A stretch of DNA of 64,000 nucleotides from positions 57,613,865-57,677,864 of the forward strand of contig JASCQW010000098.1 in NCBI GenBank assembly GCA_030264375.1. The letters run 5' to 3'. Below, piece by piece: positions 10,726 to 22,825 of this stretch. The translations under genes were made by a program, and so were the position numbers. Each line of letters starts with the position of its first letter. Within the stretch, counting starts at the first letter, position 1. The notes below the pieces were generated by a model. The model was not told the origin of the DNA, made no database searches, and saw only the letters and a program-made list of their open reading frames with translations. The stretch is from Carcharhinus longimanus. Its lineage: Eukaryota.

Positions 10726-12816
10726 AAAATAATTTCATGGGTCTTAACCAGCCTATTCTTCAGCAATCCCCCTGATTGGTCAAACATTGAAATTGTTTGA
10801 GGATGCTTTAGGTGTATTCCATTACAACCTTGGTGGGTGTTTGTACCTCCACTTAGCTCTTGTCCTCAGTTAATGCACTAGTGTCATGACCAAATCTCAT
10901 GGACACATTATTAGTCCTGCACAAACCTTTGCCAAATCTTTATTCTTGAAATGGGCTGGTACCATTGACAGTGGAATTAGGGGAGCTGCTATGGGTGACA
11001 CATATTCATATATATCATTCGTTAGCTTGATTGCAGCTGCCTGGTCACTGCTGGAATAGCAGCTATTTCTATCTGGAAATGGGACTATGTCAGGCCATGG
11101 ACATGTTGTCACATGACTGCAGTCAGTTATGGTCTGCACGTTTGGATACCTTTGGAAGGACACTTCCCTGCTGTTAGTTGCTTTCCAATGACCTGCCTGA
11201 CAATTGTGAACTGTGATTTCAACATGACCATCCCCTCAAATGTGCTATTTGCATGGAAGTTCAAAGTTCATTATCTTGATGTATAATGACAGTTGCCAAC
11301 TTGTATTTGACTGAGCTGGGGCTTGCCTCCAAATGCGGCTGCAGGCGAAAGTAGGCTTTGGCCTGCCATGAAGACTTGTGAGGATATCTGAATGTATCTC
11401 ATCTGCTTGCCATGCCACTTCCGATCTACCTGCAAAGAGAGTTACACCTATTGGAATCCAAATAATTGGATACAGATGAGCTCTCTGGACAGCTGCAGCC
11501 GTGCAGTTACAGAAGAAAGGTACTTTATTGCTATAAGTAGCAAGGAGGCAGTTTTGAACAATTCTAAAGCAATCAGAAACAGCAATAACAGGACTCAATT
11601 GTAAGGGGCAGGTTTTGCGAGCTGCACCTGTTTTAAACATGTACTCAGTGGCCACTTTGCATGCCTTCTGCTCATATAATAGAAAAACCCTTATTTACAT
11701 AGAATTATAAAATGTATAAAACCTTATAGGCTGTGCATCCTAAATTAAGCAATGGTATTTCTGCTTAAGGAAAGAAAAGTCAGCTTTTCTTCATAATTGA
11801 TAACTAGCTAACAATTTGCACTCTTTGAAATCATGTTCCAAAACATGATGTTGCCACAGTTTAACTAGTTCACATATAATGTAGAATAATGGGCATTTTC
11901 CAGTTTTTTTCTGTTATAAGTAGAATTTTACCAAGTGGAGGTTCACCACATGCACAAGCAATATTTGCAGACTAACCCTGCCAGGTCTGCAAAACATTAA
12001 CTTTCCTGTATTTCAGATGTTGATTAAGCTGCCTTGTATTTGTACCATTAAATATTTTATTTGGAACTGTATTGGTTATTCTGATTGCTAATCCTTTGCT
12101 TTCAAACTATGCACTCTCCCTGGACAGACAGCAGCTGTTTTTCTCTATTTCCCCAGTCAGTTTATGATGTGGGAGTGGCATGCTGCCAGGCTATTGTCTA
12201 TGCCACACTTGGCTGACCACTATGAAACACGTGGTCTGGTGGAAATTCCCCATACACAGTCTATTCCCCCCAGATATTTCAAATCAGCTGACACTTGACT
12301 GATGTGCCTCTTTTCAGCATAGTTATGATCACAGACTCAGTGGAATGTGGGATTCAACCTTTAAGATACCATTCTTCATTTATGACCACATATTGTCACT
12401 GTGGACCATTATCACAATCTAGGTTTAGCTTATTCTCAACTGATATCAACATTCAAACACTTCTCAGCATCATTGCAGGGTGATTAGAACAAAGAATCTT
12501 GGTTGATCTTTTTCTTACCCCACGCCTGATTTTGAATCCTCCCAGCCAATTTCAGTGTGCAGAATCTGAGCGAGATTAGGAAATTGAACCAGCTTCCTTG
12601 CCCTTCTGGCTTGCATCACCACACATAGAGCCAGAGGCAAGTCCTTTTGTGAATGCACATAAAATAGTTTAATATTAATCTCCTGAGTGAAAATTATTGT
12701 ACAACTGCATTGATTTTCAGTTCTGTTAATCCGAGTTTAGTTTTTTAGATTTGTTTTAGAAACACTTAGATCTATTTATAAATTAAGAGCTGTTTTGCAC
12801 CCAGTTAGATCTCTCA

Positions 12817-13543
12817 GGCTGGAATTTTACATTCCCCCCGATTCCCTACCAGGGTTGTGGGGCAATGTGGGGTGGAGGCAGTCAGGAGTATGAATTTGCA
12901 AGGGTACATTCCCTCCAGATTCCAATACACTTCAACCTGCAGCGATTTTACACCAGGGAATTGAGGCCCTTAAGAGGTCACTTAATAGCCACGTAAGGGT
13001 CATAACCCACCCAGCCTCAATTTGTAGGCAGATGGGCAGATGACAGCTGGGGTGGGTGGGAACACTTAAGATACTTGGATCTTGGGTGGGAAGGGGAGGA
13101 CAATCATCCATCAGAAGCCTCCTTCTGATTGATTGGGTGAGCCCTACTTTTAAGACCGCGTGGCCTCTAAACCTATCCTTTCTCTCCCTAGCCTATCCCC
13201 GATCATCCTCCTCACATCTCTCCAGGCCTTCCTCATCCTCACCCTCCCCATTCTAGGACGCAGGACACCTGGGCCTCTGATTCCCAGGATTTGCGTTCCG
13301 ACAGCTTCATGCAGTTCCTTCTCCAGCCAGCCAATTGGAGAGCCAGCCAATCTGATTGGGTGGTCGTTCTCCCGGGTGGGACTACCCCATCCCACCCCAC
13401 CCCCTCGACTGAAGGGTTGAAGTCGTGTCTTCTGCCGATCAGAGTTTGCTGGAGCATAAAAAGATAGTGAGGTGCTTAGAATTGGCGGGAATGTGTTTCT
13501 TGATGGCACTCTTTGAATGCTGTGCTGTCCTAAAAATCAGGCC
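12817..13543. mobile_element. PIF/Harbinger-type non-autonomous element
   Basis: Imperfect TIRs ggctggaatttta / taaaaatcaggcc; 3-bp TSD TCA at 12814-16 and 13544-46. Confidence 0.7.
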
Positions 13544-13991
13544 TCACTGTCATTAAAAATTCTGCTGTTTGAAGATTGGAAACCAATAGATTCCGGTTTC
13601 AAATTGTAACTAACTATCTTGCTCAGAAACACAAATATAATTTGTGATCTCACTCATTTGAGTCACAAATTTCACTTCTAGCCCTGAATTTAGTGGAACC
13701 TACCAGTGTATGCATGATAGCGGCAGGGTGGGTGCTGGGGGGTGGGGGGTAGTGCAGGGGTCGGTGGGGGGGTAGTCAGGCAGAAGCACCCAATGCCAGA
13801 ACAAAATTCTGATCCTAATATTTCTTCAGTGTGGCCAACCCCAGAAGTTTCTCTGTTGCCTCATGTTCTTTCAATTCAGTTTTGAAATTTTACCTGGCAG
13901 CAGCTGTTTATGGCTCAGCAAAGGGAAGTACATCTGTGAAGCACTAATACAATAGGTGGAATGTATCAACTGTTCACAGGACTCAGTAGGA

Positions 13992-14200
13992 TCCCAAGAT
14001 GTGCAGATTAGGTGGATTGGCCATGCTGAATTGACCCTTAGTGTCCAAATGTGTGTAAGCTAGGCGAGGCAGAATTGGGAAGGGTGCGGGGGGAATTGGG
14101 AAATGTTGAGGGAGGGTGGGTAGCTAGGCCTGTCCTGGATGTTGTTTTGGAGTCAGTAGAAACACAACGGACTGAATGATCTCCTTTAATGATTCCTGTG
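13992..14200 (+). mobile_element. 5'-truncated HE1 V-SINE
   Basis: aagatgtgcagattaggtggattggccatgctgaattg...gactgaatgatctcct. Confidence 0.75.
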
Positions 14201-14234
14201 GTGGGTGGATTGGGAAAATTCCTTCCTTTGTATT

Positions 14235-14595
14235 TTCTGTATTCTTTCGTGACATGAGGGGGTTGCTGACAAAGCCAGCATTTGTTGCCCATCCCGAGTT
14301 TCCTTTGAACTTAGTGGCTTGTCACTTCAGAAAGCAATCAAGAATGGCTCTGGCCTGACTGAATAAAGATGACAGATTTCCTTCCCTAAAGTACTGTTCC
14401 TTCTTTATGAACCATATATGTTTTTACAACAATTTGCTTTTATGGTCACCATTACTGATTCTGGCTTTATAAATCCAGATTTTTTTAATTGAATTTAAAT
14501 ACACCAGCTGCCAAAGTGGGCTTTGAACCCTTGTCCCCAGAGCATCAACCTGAATCTCTGGATTACTGACACTGCCGCAACACCACCACCTCCCT
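14235..14595 (-). mobile_element. tRNA-derived SINE with Meta-like core and LINE-derived tail
   Basis: Reverse complement: gggttcaaagccc B box; ctttagggaaggaaatctgtcatctttattcagtcaggcc core; tail ggatgggcaacaaatgctggc shared with the LINE end at 45560-45880. Confidence 0.6.
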
Positions 14596-15899
14596 AATAT
14601 GTTATCAACATTTGTAACTGCACTTCATTTTTCAGTGTCTGAGTGCTCCCAAGCTGAATTGTTCCTTGAATATCTCACATGGGAGCTATTTAATTTTCAG
14701 AAGACTTGAAGGATATTTATTTCACTTTTTAGTCAACCTACGGTTATTCCATTCATACTTCTTTACAGAAAAGTTCACAATACAAAGATCACACCAACAC
14801 AGCACACTTTATGGTACACATGGATAAGGTCAGATAATGAGTGACAGAATTAATTGTGCCACAAACAAACATAGATCAAGTTAAATAAGTTGGTTTTAAT
14901 TTTCAAAGTTTGTTGTTCACAGCAGATTGGTTCAGCGGGTCATGGAGTGAGTTTTGTTTTTCTCATAGTTGTGATGCCTTTCATTATAAAAATGTGTTCT
15001 GTAGATGACACCAACTGGTTTGGGTAAGAAGAAGTGGTGTACAATGTGGAACTGAAGTGCATTACATAGATTCCAACATACCAGAGTGAGAATGGTGACA
15101 GAAAAGAATCTCACTATCAGATCATGGCTGAGAGATTTCCATTATCTGAAAGCAAAGTCGTCATTTAACATCTCTCCAAATGATGTACATTTAGAACTTG
15201 TATGAACTGTACAGTAAATAGTTATACCAACCATGATTACATACAATGGCTATGTGAGCCACATCTTATAAATTCAGCCTTTTCCGTTTATTCATACATT
15301 GGAATGAGCCAGGATGCTGAATACTTGAGTTCTCTGTCAATTCAAGGTAATTTGATTTCTGGTTGACAATACATGTTATTACAGATGGACACCCATTTGG
15401 AATGTATTGATTTTAAGATGAACTTTCTTTTGACATTAAGAAAGGTCATCTGAGAATCTGAAATCAGAATGTCTGGAATATGGAGTGTGATTTTGTGACC
15501 TTTATCATTTTATCTAAGTTCGAACAGTGAGGAACCTTGTAGCATTTGTGTGACGTCTGTCAAAAGTATATTGTTAGATTGCTCCTTTGCTGTGGGGATC
15601 TTAATTAAAGCACTCTCTTTAATTAAATATTGTATATTTTAACATGTTTAAATGCAGAGTTTAACTTTATCGCACATAATTTTGAAATTTCAGCTAATAA
15701 GCTGCCATTTCAGGTCACTGTAAAGCTCAACTTGCATGCTGGTAGAATGATGACCTGAATGTAAAGAGGCCAAATGTAGAATACCATGTAAACTGTATTA
15801 CACCTCAGTTTGAATCTTGCTCAGAGAAAGTAATGAAGGTGGCCCCACTAGAGACACAATTCTGTGTAGAGACATGAAACAGAATTGATGGGCAAGTAA

Positions 15900-16130
15900 G
15901 ACTGGTGTTGACCCCAAAGTCCTGCTTGATACCAGAAGAATTTAGCATGCTTCTATGTGAAATGGGTTGGAGGATAGTTGGCCTGTTTAGAACTCCAGAA
16001 CACCATTCTCAGAGGATGATAGTGCAACATGCCTGGTGGGAAGTGGTGACCAGGCTGATTATAGGCCACAGTGCTAACAGATCATGGAGATTAACTCAGG
16101 GTAAGACAGGACACTTTAATGCCTGGAGCA
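15900..16130 (+). pseudogene. Harbinger Myb/SANT-like DNA-binding gene remnant
   Basis: QHAWWEVVTRLIIGHSANRSW resembles AWxEVA...RSWxQC of Harbinger Myb/SANT proteins. Confidence 0.4.
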
Positions 16131-16329
16131 AAATAATACCATTCGGTAGCTGATGCCCAATTCATTGCCCCAAAGTTTTGCTTAAGGCCTTCTATGAGAA
16201 GTATTACCATACGCATGGTTCCATTGGATTCACAGTATTGAAACACAAACCTGGTCATATGTTGATCCCCAGGATGGATTTCCTTTGGGCAGTTATCAGT
16301 GTCTGTGGAAAAATGTGCATGCTGGTAGG

Positions 16330-16600
16330 TATTTGGCAGCCATTTCAGTGTATTCAGTTGGAAAGGTGATGAAAGTGTTGGCCAAGTTGATCAACATATC
16401 AGTCACCTGTTTGAGCCACATGCAGTCAATATCTTACTCGATATTGCAGGGCTAACCAAGAATGAGTCATAAGCATAATAGTTAAGTGTAATGGTGACTT
16501 CAATTTTGTTCACTGCAAGCTGCAAGTTAGCTGTGGACACTTTATGCAGATGGAAAAGCCTGCCCTGTTGGTTTGGGACAGGCTTAGGCAATATATCCGG
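16330..16600 (-). pseudogene. HARBI1-like Harbinger transposase remnant
   Basis: KIEVTITLNYYAYDSF then, after a frameshift, WLKQVTDMLINLANTFITFPT; compare KVTxALNFYASGSF...IKQVTDAL...FIxFP. Confidence 0.6.
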
Positions 16601-17399
16601 CCATTGGCGTGTAGGTATATCTAGCCTTATAGATGTGATTGTAGTCTGTTGGTTTTATCAGCATATTTTCTTTATTCTTATGGCACCTCCTTGATTAAAT
16701 AATTGATGTGCTTTAAAACTGCTTTACCTTGGAATAAAGAAAAGCTCTTAATCTTTTTCAAAAAACAGTAATGGATAAAAAAAATTACAATAAGGGAAAA
16801 TGTCAAAAATGATCCTGAACCACCGAAATTGCAAAAACATCAGCCAATTTCAGAGTTTTTTTTGTATTTGAAGCTTTGCAGAGCAAATCTGGTGTTCATT
16901 TGTGCTTGCAGTTTATGTAAGTATTTATATGGTAAATCTGGGGCTTTATTGAAGCAAAGGCACAAAAAATGCACAAGCTCTTGAGCTCAATTCTGCAAAA
17001 GTACTTCATTTGAAAAGTACTTCACTGAAAATCACTGGTGTCTGGCCTGGTCCTTGTACATGGAACCTGCAAAAGTGAGCATTAAAGTGGACCTTGATGG
17101 AGAATCAAATTCAATATTCATCAGTCCTCAGTTACACCATCTAATAGTGTGTTTTAAAGTCAAACACCTTAATGCGAGCTAGTTGTTCTGCCCAAGAAGA
17201 CAGAAGGGCATCAATGTAATATACCAATGATCCATTCTCTTGGCTGAAGGATTATGTATACAAGAGTGCTGCAGAATGATAAACAAAAATTAGGGCTGCA
17301 TTGGTTAGATAAAAATTAGTTGAACCATACAAACTAGGAAGTTCCAGTATTTGACTCTGGAGACATGTAGACTGGACAAATCAAACTGGCAAAGATAGC

Positions 17400-18385
17400 C
17401 TTAAAAATGAGTTCCTGGAGTGAATATGGATAATTCCTTCCAACAATATGTTCTGGAGTTCACCAGGAAACAGGCTATTTTACATCTGCTAATATGTAAT
17501 ATGAGGATGTGTCTAGGGCGGTGGATAGAGGAGAGCCGGTGGATGTGGTCTTTCTGGATTTTCAGAAGGCGTTTGNNNNNNNNNNNNNNNNNNNNNNNNN
17601 NNNNNNNNNNNNNNNNNNNNNNNNNNNNNNNNNNNNNNNNNNNNNNNNNNNNNNNNNNNNNNNNNNNNNNNNNNNNNNNNNNNNNNNNNNNNNNNNNNNN
17701 NNNNNNNNNNNNNNNNNNNNNNNNNNNNNNNNNNNNNNNNNNNNNNNNNNNNNNNNNNNNNNNNNNNNNNNNNNNNNNNNNNNNNNNNNNNNNNNNNNNN
17801 NNNNNNNNNNNNNNNNNNNNNNNNNNNNNNNNNNNNNNNNNNNNNNNNNNNNNNNNNNNNNNNNNNNNNNNNNNNNNNNNNNNNNNNNNNNNNNNNNNNN
17901 NNNNNNNNNNNNNNNNNNNNNNNNNNNNNNNNNNNNNNNNNNNNNNNNNNNNNNNNNNNNNNNNNNNNNNNNNNNNNNNNNNNNNNNNNNNNNNNNNNNN
18001 NNNNNNNNNNNNNNNNNNNNNNNNNNNNNNNNNNNNNNNNNNNNNNNNNNNNNNNNNNNNNNNNNNNNNNNNNNNNNNNNNNNNNNNNNNNNNNNNNNNN
18101 NCCCTTGTGTGGAATATAGAACTAAGGAGCACAGTATCAAAATAATGTAAGATGGAGGTGAAGATTTTTTTTCCTCTTTGTGTTGTTGTCTTTGGAATTC
18201 TCTCCCAGTGAGGAATGGAAGCATGTTTTCTGAACATATTTAAGGCTGAATTAAACAGATTTTTGATTAACAAGGGAGTTGAGGGTTATGCAAGGCAGGC
18301 AGGAAAGTAGAATGATCTTATTGAATGGTAGAGCAAGCTTGTTGGACTGAATGGCCTATTTCTGCTCCTAATTTTTACAATCTTA
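17400..18385 (+). mobile_element. CR1 LINE spanning a gap
   Basis: SRAVDRGEPVDVVFLDFQKAF RT motif before the gap; CR1 3' end ggactgaatggcctatttctgctcc after it. Confidence 0.85.
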
Positions 18386-19879
18386 AGAGTATTCATTTTA
18401 GGCGTTTCTGTAGGATTTCTGCAAAAATTAAGCTAGACAATTAAGAAACCATCACGGAAATTCTACCCCTTAATCTCTGAGTTGCAAAAGGCCCATGTCA
18501 AGGTATGTGGGTGTAGTAAATATATAATATGAAACAGCTAGTGAAAGGAAGTTTGATTATGCAAAACTGGCATTTTCACTTGTCTCAGATTGATTAGCAA
18601 GAAAAATAATGTGCGTTGTTTTCCAGTGCTCCAAAGGTATGAAATCTCTGGCAATGTATTTCTTCAAGCCAAGTTGCCAGAATGATTGACATAAAAATGA
18701 AGCAGCTTTAATTTAAAATGAAATAGGTTCTTGTTGTGCTGGAATTATGTTGGCACACAGATTGCCAGTAATTAAAGCCATCTTGATTATCTGTGATATT
18801 TGCTGCAACACCAAGGGCCAAATAGCTATCCTTCAACCAGCAAACAACTGCAATTTGGAGAACGTAATGTTTGCTACTCTTTCACTCGTATCTGCAATGT
18901 TGTTACTGTTTCAACGTATTGCATTCTAATCTAGAGCATTACGGAGTTAAGTCTTGTTTTATATTTCATATTCTCATTGTATAGCTTCACAGCTGGAAGA
19001 TTAGTGTAATGAGGCAGAACAATGATTTGATGACTTTTAATCACAGTATGGATTGTTTATTGCCTGTGAAGGAAACAGAATACCTTTTCATTGCAAGCAC
19101 TTTACAGCTTAACCGCATGCCACAGATTTAAGGAATGAAATTGGGCTTTATCCATTGCGTGGATTCTATGCAATGACTCTATTCAGAGGAAATAATTTAA
19201 ATTTTATCCATCAGACTTCCACAAAGGCTTCATTCCATTGAAACAGGTGTACAGGAAGGAAAACAGTGCCTGATAGCTTGATAGACTTTCTTTTCTGTAA
19301 TCTATTTTGTCACATTATTTACACAAGATAGAGAGGTGTCAAGTGCTTTTAGTATCTGTCATTGATACTTTGGTGGTCTGGTTGAGGGTTGTTGCAGCAT
19401 CATTTTTTTTACAGAAAGTTTTGGATGACTGTTTTTTAAGCATTTTTACACATGCCATTGTTACCAGATGATTCATTGGTTCTGTAAACAAATATGTGCT
19501 GAGTGAATGGGCATGGAAGTACTATGATTTGGCTTGGAATGTATGACAGGCTATGGGATGGGAGTGGGCATTCGTTGACATGGATGGGACATGGGGATCA
19601 GCGGGGGCTTGAAAGAATGTGAGAGGTGAGGGCTAGTGGGTCTAATGTTTAACAAAATAACTGGGAGAGTTGCCAGAGAACCAAGGTGGCAAATGTCCTG
19701 ATTCAAGCAGCCCATCTCACCAATCAGCAGCCTGCATCTGGGGATAGCGAGGTCAATTCCATCCTACAGTGCCCATCAACCCCTCTCCTCTCCCTTGCAC
19801 CAATTAGGGAACTTTAATCTGAGACCAGGATGCCAAGCTGGCAAATTTTCTAATTCAAGCTACCTGCCTTGATGGTAGA

Positions 19880-20250
19880 AATCCAGCCTTTAATCTATCC
19901 CCTTACTGTCAACCGAATGACCATATTTATCTGCAAATTTCTTCAGAATGCCTTGTATTTTTCAGTGTACATCATTGATATAAACTACGAAGAGCAAGGG
20001 ACTGGATACAGAATTATCCCTCCCACTGGTACAGCCTTCTAGTCTCAAAAACACACAACCCTCCGTTTTCTTTGCATTAAGCCAATCGTGGATCTAATTT
20101 ACCACTTTCCTTTAGATTTCAAGGAGTATCTTTTTAGACCAGCCTGCCATATGGCACCTTGACAAAAGCTTTGTTGAAATCTATGTGGACCACATTCATC
20201 GTATTGCCCTCATCAACTCTACTTATCACCTCCTCAAAAAATTCAATCCT
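19880..20250 (-). mobile_element. CR1 LINE RT fragment
   Basis: Minus strand IEFFEEVISRVDEGNTMNVVHIDFNKAFVKVPYGRLV. Confidence 0.85.
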
Positions 20251-20291
20251 ATGCACCTTGCACATTTGTTTCTCCTTTGAATTGTAAATTC

Positions 20292-20333
20292 AAATTTATC
20301 TATGTAAGTGAAGGAGACACATCACTGTCAAAG
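20292..20333 (+). repeat. Exact 42-bp direct repeat, second copy at 22328-22369
   Basis: aaatttatctatgtaagtgaaggagacacatcactgtcaaag is identical at both sites. Confidence 0.95.
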
Positions 20334-20917
20334 TAATTTAGCTGAACTGTTGAAGCATTGCTGTATCTACTTGAAAGAAATTTTGGCTGCGCAAAGTTCA
20401 ATTCAAGTAATAAATATGCTTGCATTTTTCAACAGAGTTGTAATGTTTACATGTTTAAAAATGTGGTTTCATACAGATTTCTTTGTCATATCATTTTTTT
20501 CCTGCATTTACTAAGTAAAATGTGAGAGAGTTGATCTCTGGAAGATGTAGCTTGATAGGCAGCTTATTTTGAAGTTTAACTGTGCCTGGGTATAATGGAA
20601 CATGCACTGATTCCAGTTTCTGGCTCATAGCAGTGAAGTCTTGTTCTTTTTATACAATGGACACAATGTCATAATGGTACAGTAATGCAGTACCCAAAAG
20701 GGCAAACTAACTAGTGAAACCTGGGTTTACAATCTTCTTTATTGAGCCTATTGCCTCTGCAGCAGTGCAGGAAAACGTTTTAAGCAAAGGCCATTCGACC
20801 ACAATGAAGGATGTGTAACCTGAGATTAATGTTGCACACATCCTATGGGCCATGTTACTGCTCAACATCTAGACCTCAACAGTGCTTGTGATTCAAGGAG
20901 ACCTGAGAATAGTGGAT

Positions 20918-21166
20918 ACAAAGAACAAAGAACAAAGAACAACCCAGCACGGGAAACAGGCCCTTCGGCCCAACAAGCCCGCGCCGCCACNNNNNNNNNN
21001 NNNNNNNNNNNNNNNNNNNNNNNNNNNNNNNNNNNNNNNNNNNNNNNNNNNNNNNNNNNNNNNNNNNNNNNNNNNNNNNNNNNNNNNNNNAATCTTCGTC
21101 TTTCCAAGGAGAACAGTCCCAGTTTCTCTAACCTTTCCTCGTAACCCAGCCCCTCCATGCCAGGCA
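20918..21166 (-). mobile_element. Young CR1 3' end with (AAGAACA)n tail, spanning a gap
   Basis: PGMEGLGYEERLEKLGLFSLERRR; CpGs largely intact. Confidence 0.85.
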
Positions 21167-21774
21167 ATGGATGTATGCTGCTAGAATTACCTATCACAAC
21201 CTTTGTTGCTATAGAGACAGTAAGTAGGCGAACAGACATTGCACTTGCCTGCCAAGTCAGAGAAGCTGGAGGGCAAGTTAATGAGCCTACTCATATCTCC
21301 TCATGGCAGTTAGGTCAGATTGCCATTGGCTGATGCCTGATAACAGACTGGCAACCAAATGTTGACAGAAGCATCTGGTCCATGTTGATGGCAATGGGGA
21401 GAATACAATGAATTCATAGAATTTGACTAAGCAATAACAACTTAGATTCACATGAATATATTTCCATTTAGTCTTTGTGAGAATTGAAAAGGAAATGAGT
21501 AATGAATTATGATCATCAGAGTGGAGGAAGAAGGGATGGGTGTTAATCAGGCTTTAAATTGTTAAGAAATACCAGTCTTGTGCGGATGTGGTATTTCTAT
21601 AGAGCATGAAAACACTCACAGCAAAGCACGTTTTTCTACTCAGCGATAAAGTTCTTTTGTATTGTTTGTATGCTAGTTTTGTTGTGGACTTCTATGGAAT
21701 GACAATGAAAATTAGTATGATAGATAATATTCATTATTATTTTAACTATACGTGGAGAACAGTAAAGGAAATAT

Positions 21775-22825
21775 GGGGTGCAATTCTCCCCCCAAAAATT
21801 CTAAGGGCGCAATCTTACCAGAAAAATTCTAAATGCCGAATGGGTGAGAAAACAGGAGAGTTCCAGACCTGAAGTTTTGGCAAGTTTGAAAATGCAATCT
21901 TATGACACTGTCAATTTTTTGGACTGAAGTGTGAATCTCACTGGTTTGGGCGGGGAGGGTGGATGGGTAGAGCCTAAGTTTGCCAGTGAAACTGGCTGAA
22001 GACCTCCTGACACCACCCTCTCCCCCCTTGGAAATTGCCAACCCCAATCACCAGTCAGTGTAACCAGCCCCCACCACCTGCAGCAACCCCCATGGCAATA
22101 TGGGTTGTGGGCATCAGGGAAATGAGTAACCCATTATGACCCCTCGTCTGTGGCTCACCCTGCATGCCCTTCCCTTTGCCAGTCTCCCTCATCTACCAAT
22201 CACTCCCTATGCCGGTCTGTCTCCCACCACTCATGCTCATCACTTCCTATGCCAGTCGCCACCCCCTGTCAATCACCACCCCCCCCCCACCCCAACCTTG
22301 CATATCCCCCTTGCATCTTGTGGATTTAAATTTATCTATGTAAGTGAAGGAGACACATCACTGTCAAAGCCTCCCCAATTCGAGCCCACCCCCATTCATG
22401 ACTGGTGCAGTGAGTTGGTAAGATCATACCCTAAGTGTCATAACGGCAAGAATAATGGTATCATCCGCACTGGTCTTCTAGGCGCATTCCGCACCACAAT
22501 CCTCCCGCACTCAGTCATTTCTTTGGAGAGTTGGTAGTGCCACACCAATATTGAGGGTTAGGGTCTAAACATACCGGTGACCCAGCTCCCGATTTCGGAG
22601 GGCTTGGGTGCCATTTAGCAAGAGTGCCCTGATCACACAGTACACTGGAAGACACCCTTTCTCAACCCACGGGCGTCGGGACTCTCCCCATCCCCACTGC
22701 CTCGGCATCATATTCTCCTGCCCCTTCACGACATGGTCACCAGCATTGGGATAGGGCCCTCGGGATGGGACCCCTACCCGACCCCCAACATGCCCCCCCC
22801 AGCAAGACCACCTTCACAATCTACC
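21775..22825. mobile_element. Outer Harbinger-type element (right end lost)
   Basis: ggggtgcaattctcccc..aaaaattctaa|gtgtca rejoins across the inner MITE and matches the left end of the element at 49230 (gattctcccaaaaaagttctaagtgtca). Confidence 0.65.
21805..22431. mobile_element. Harbinger-type MITE nested in a related element
   Basis: TIRs gggcgcaatcttacca / tggtaagatcataccc; TSD TAA at 21802-04 and 22432-34. Confidence 0.8.

Noticed and set aside
17401-18273. Long ORFs in the ORF track (also 5442, 39971, 49356)
   Set aside because: Artefacts of N runs translated as X.
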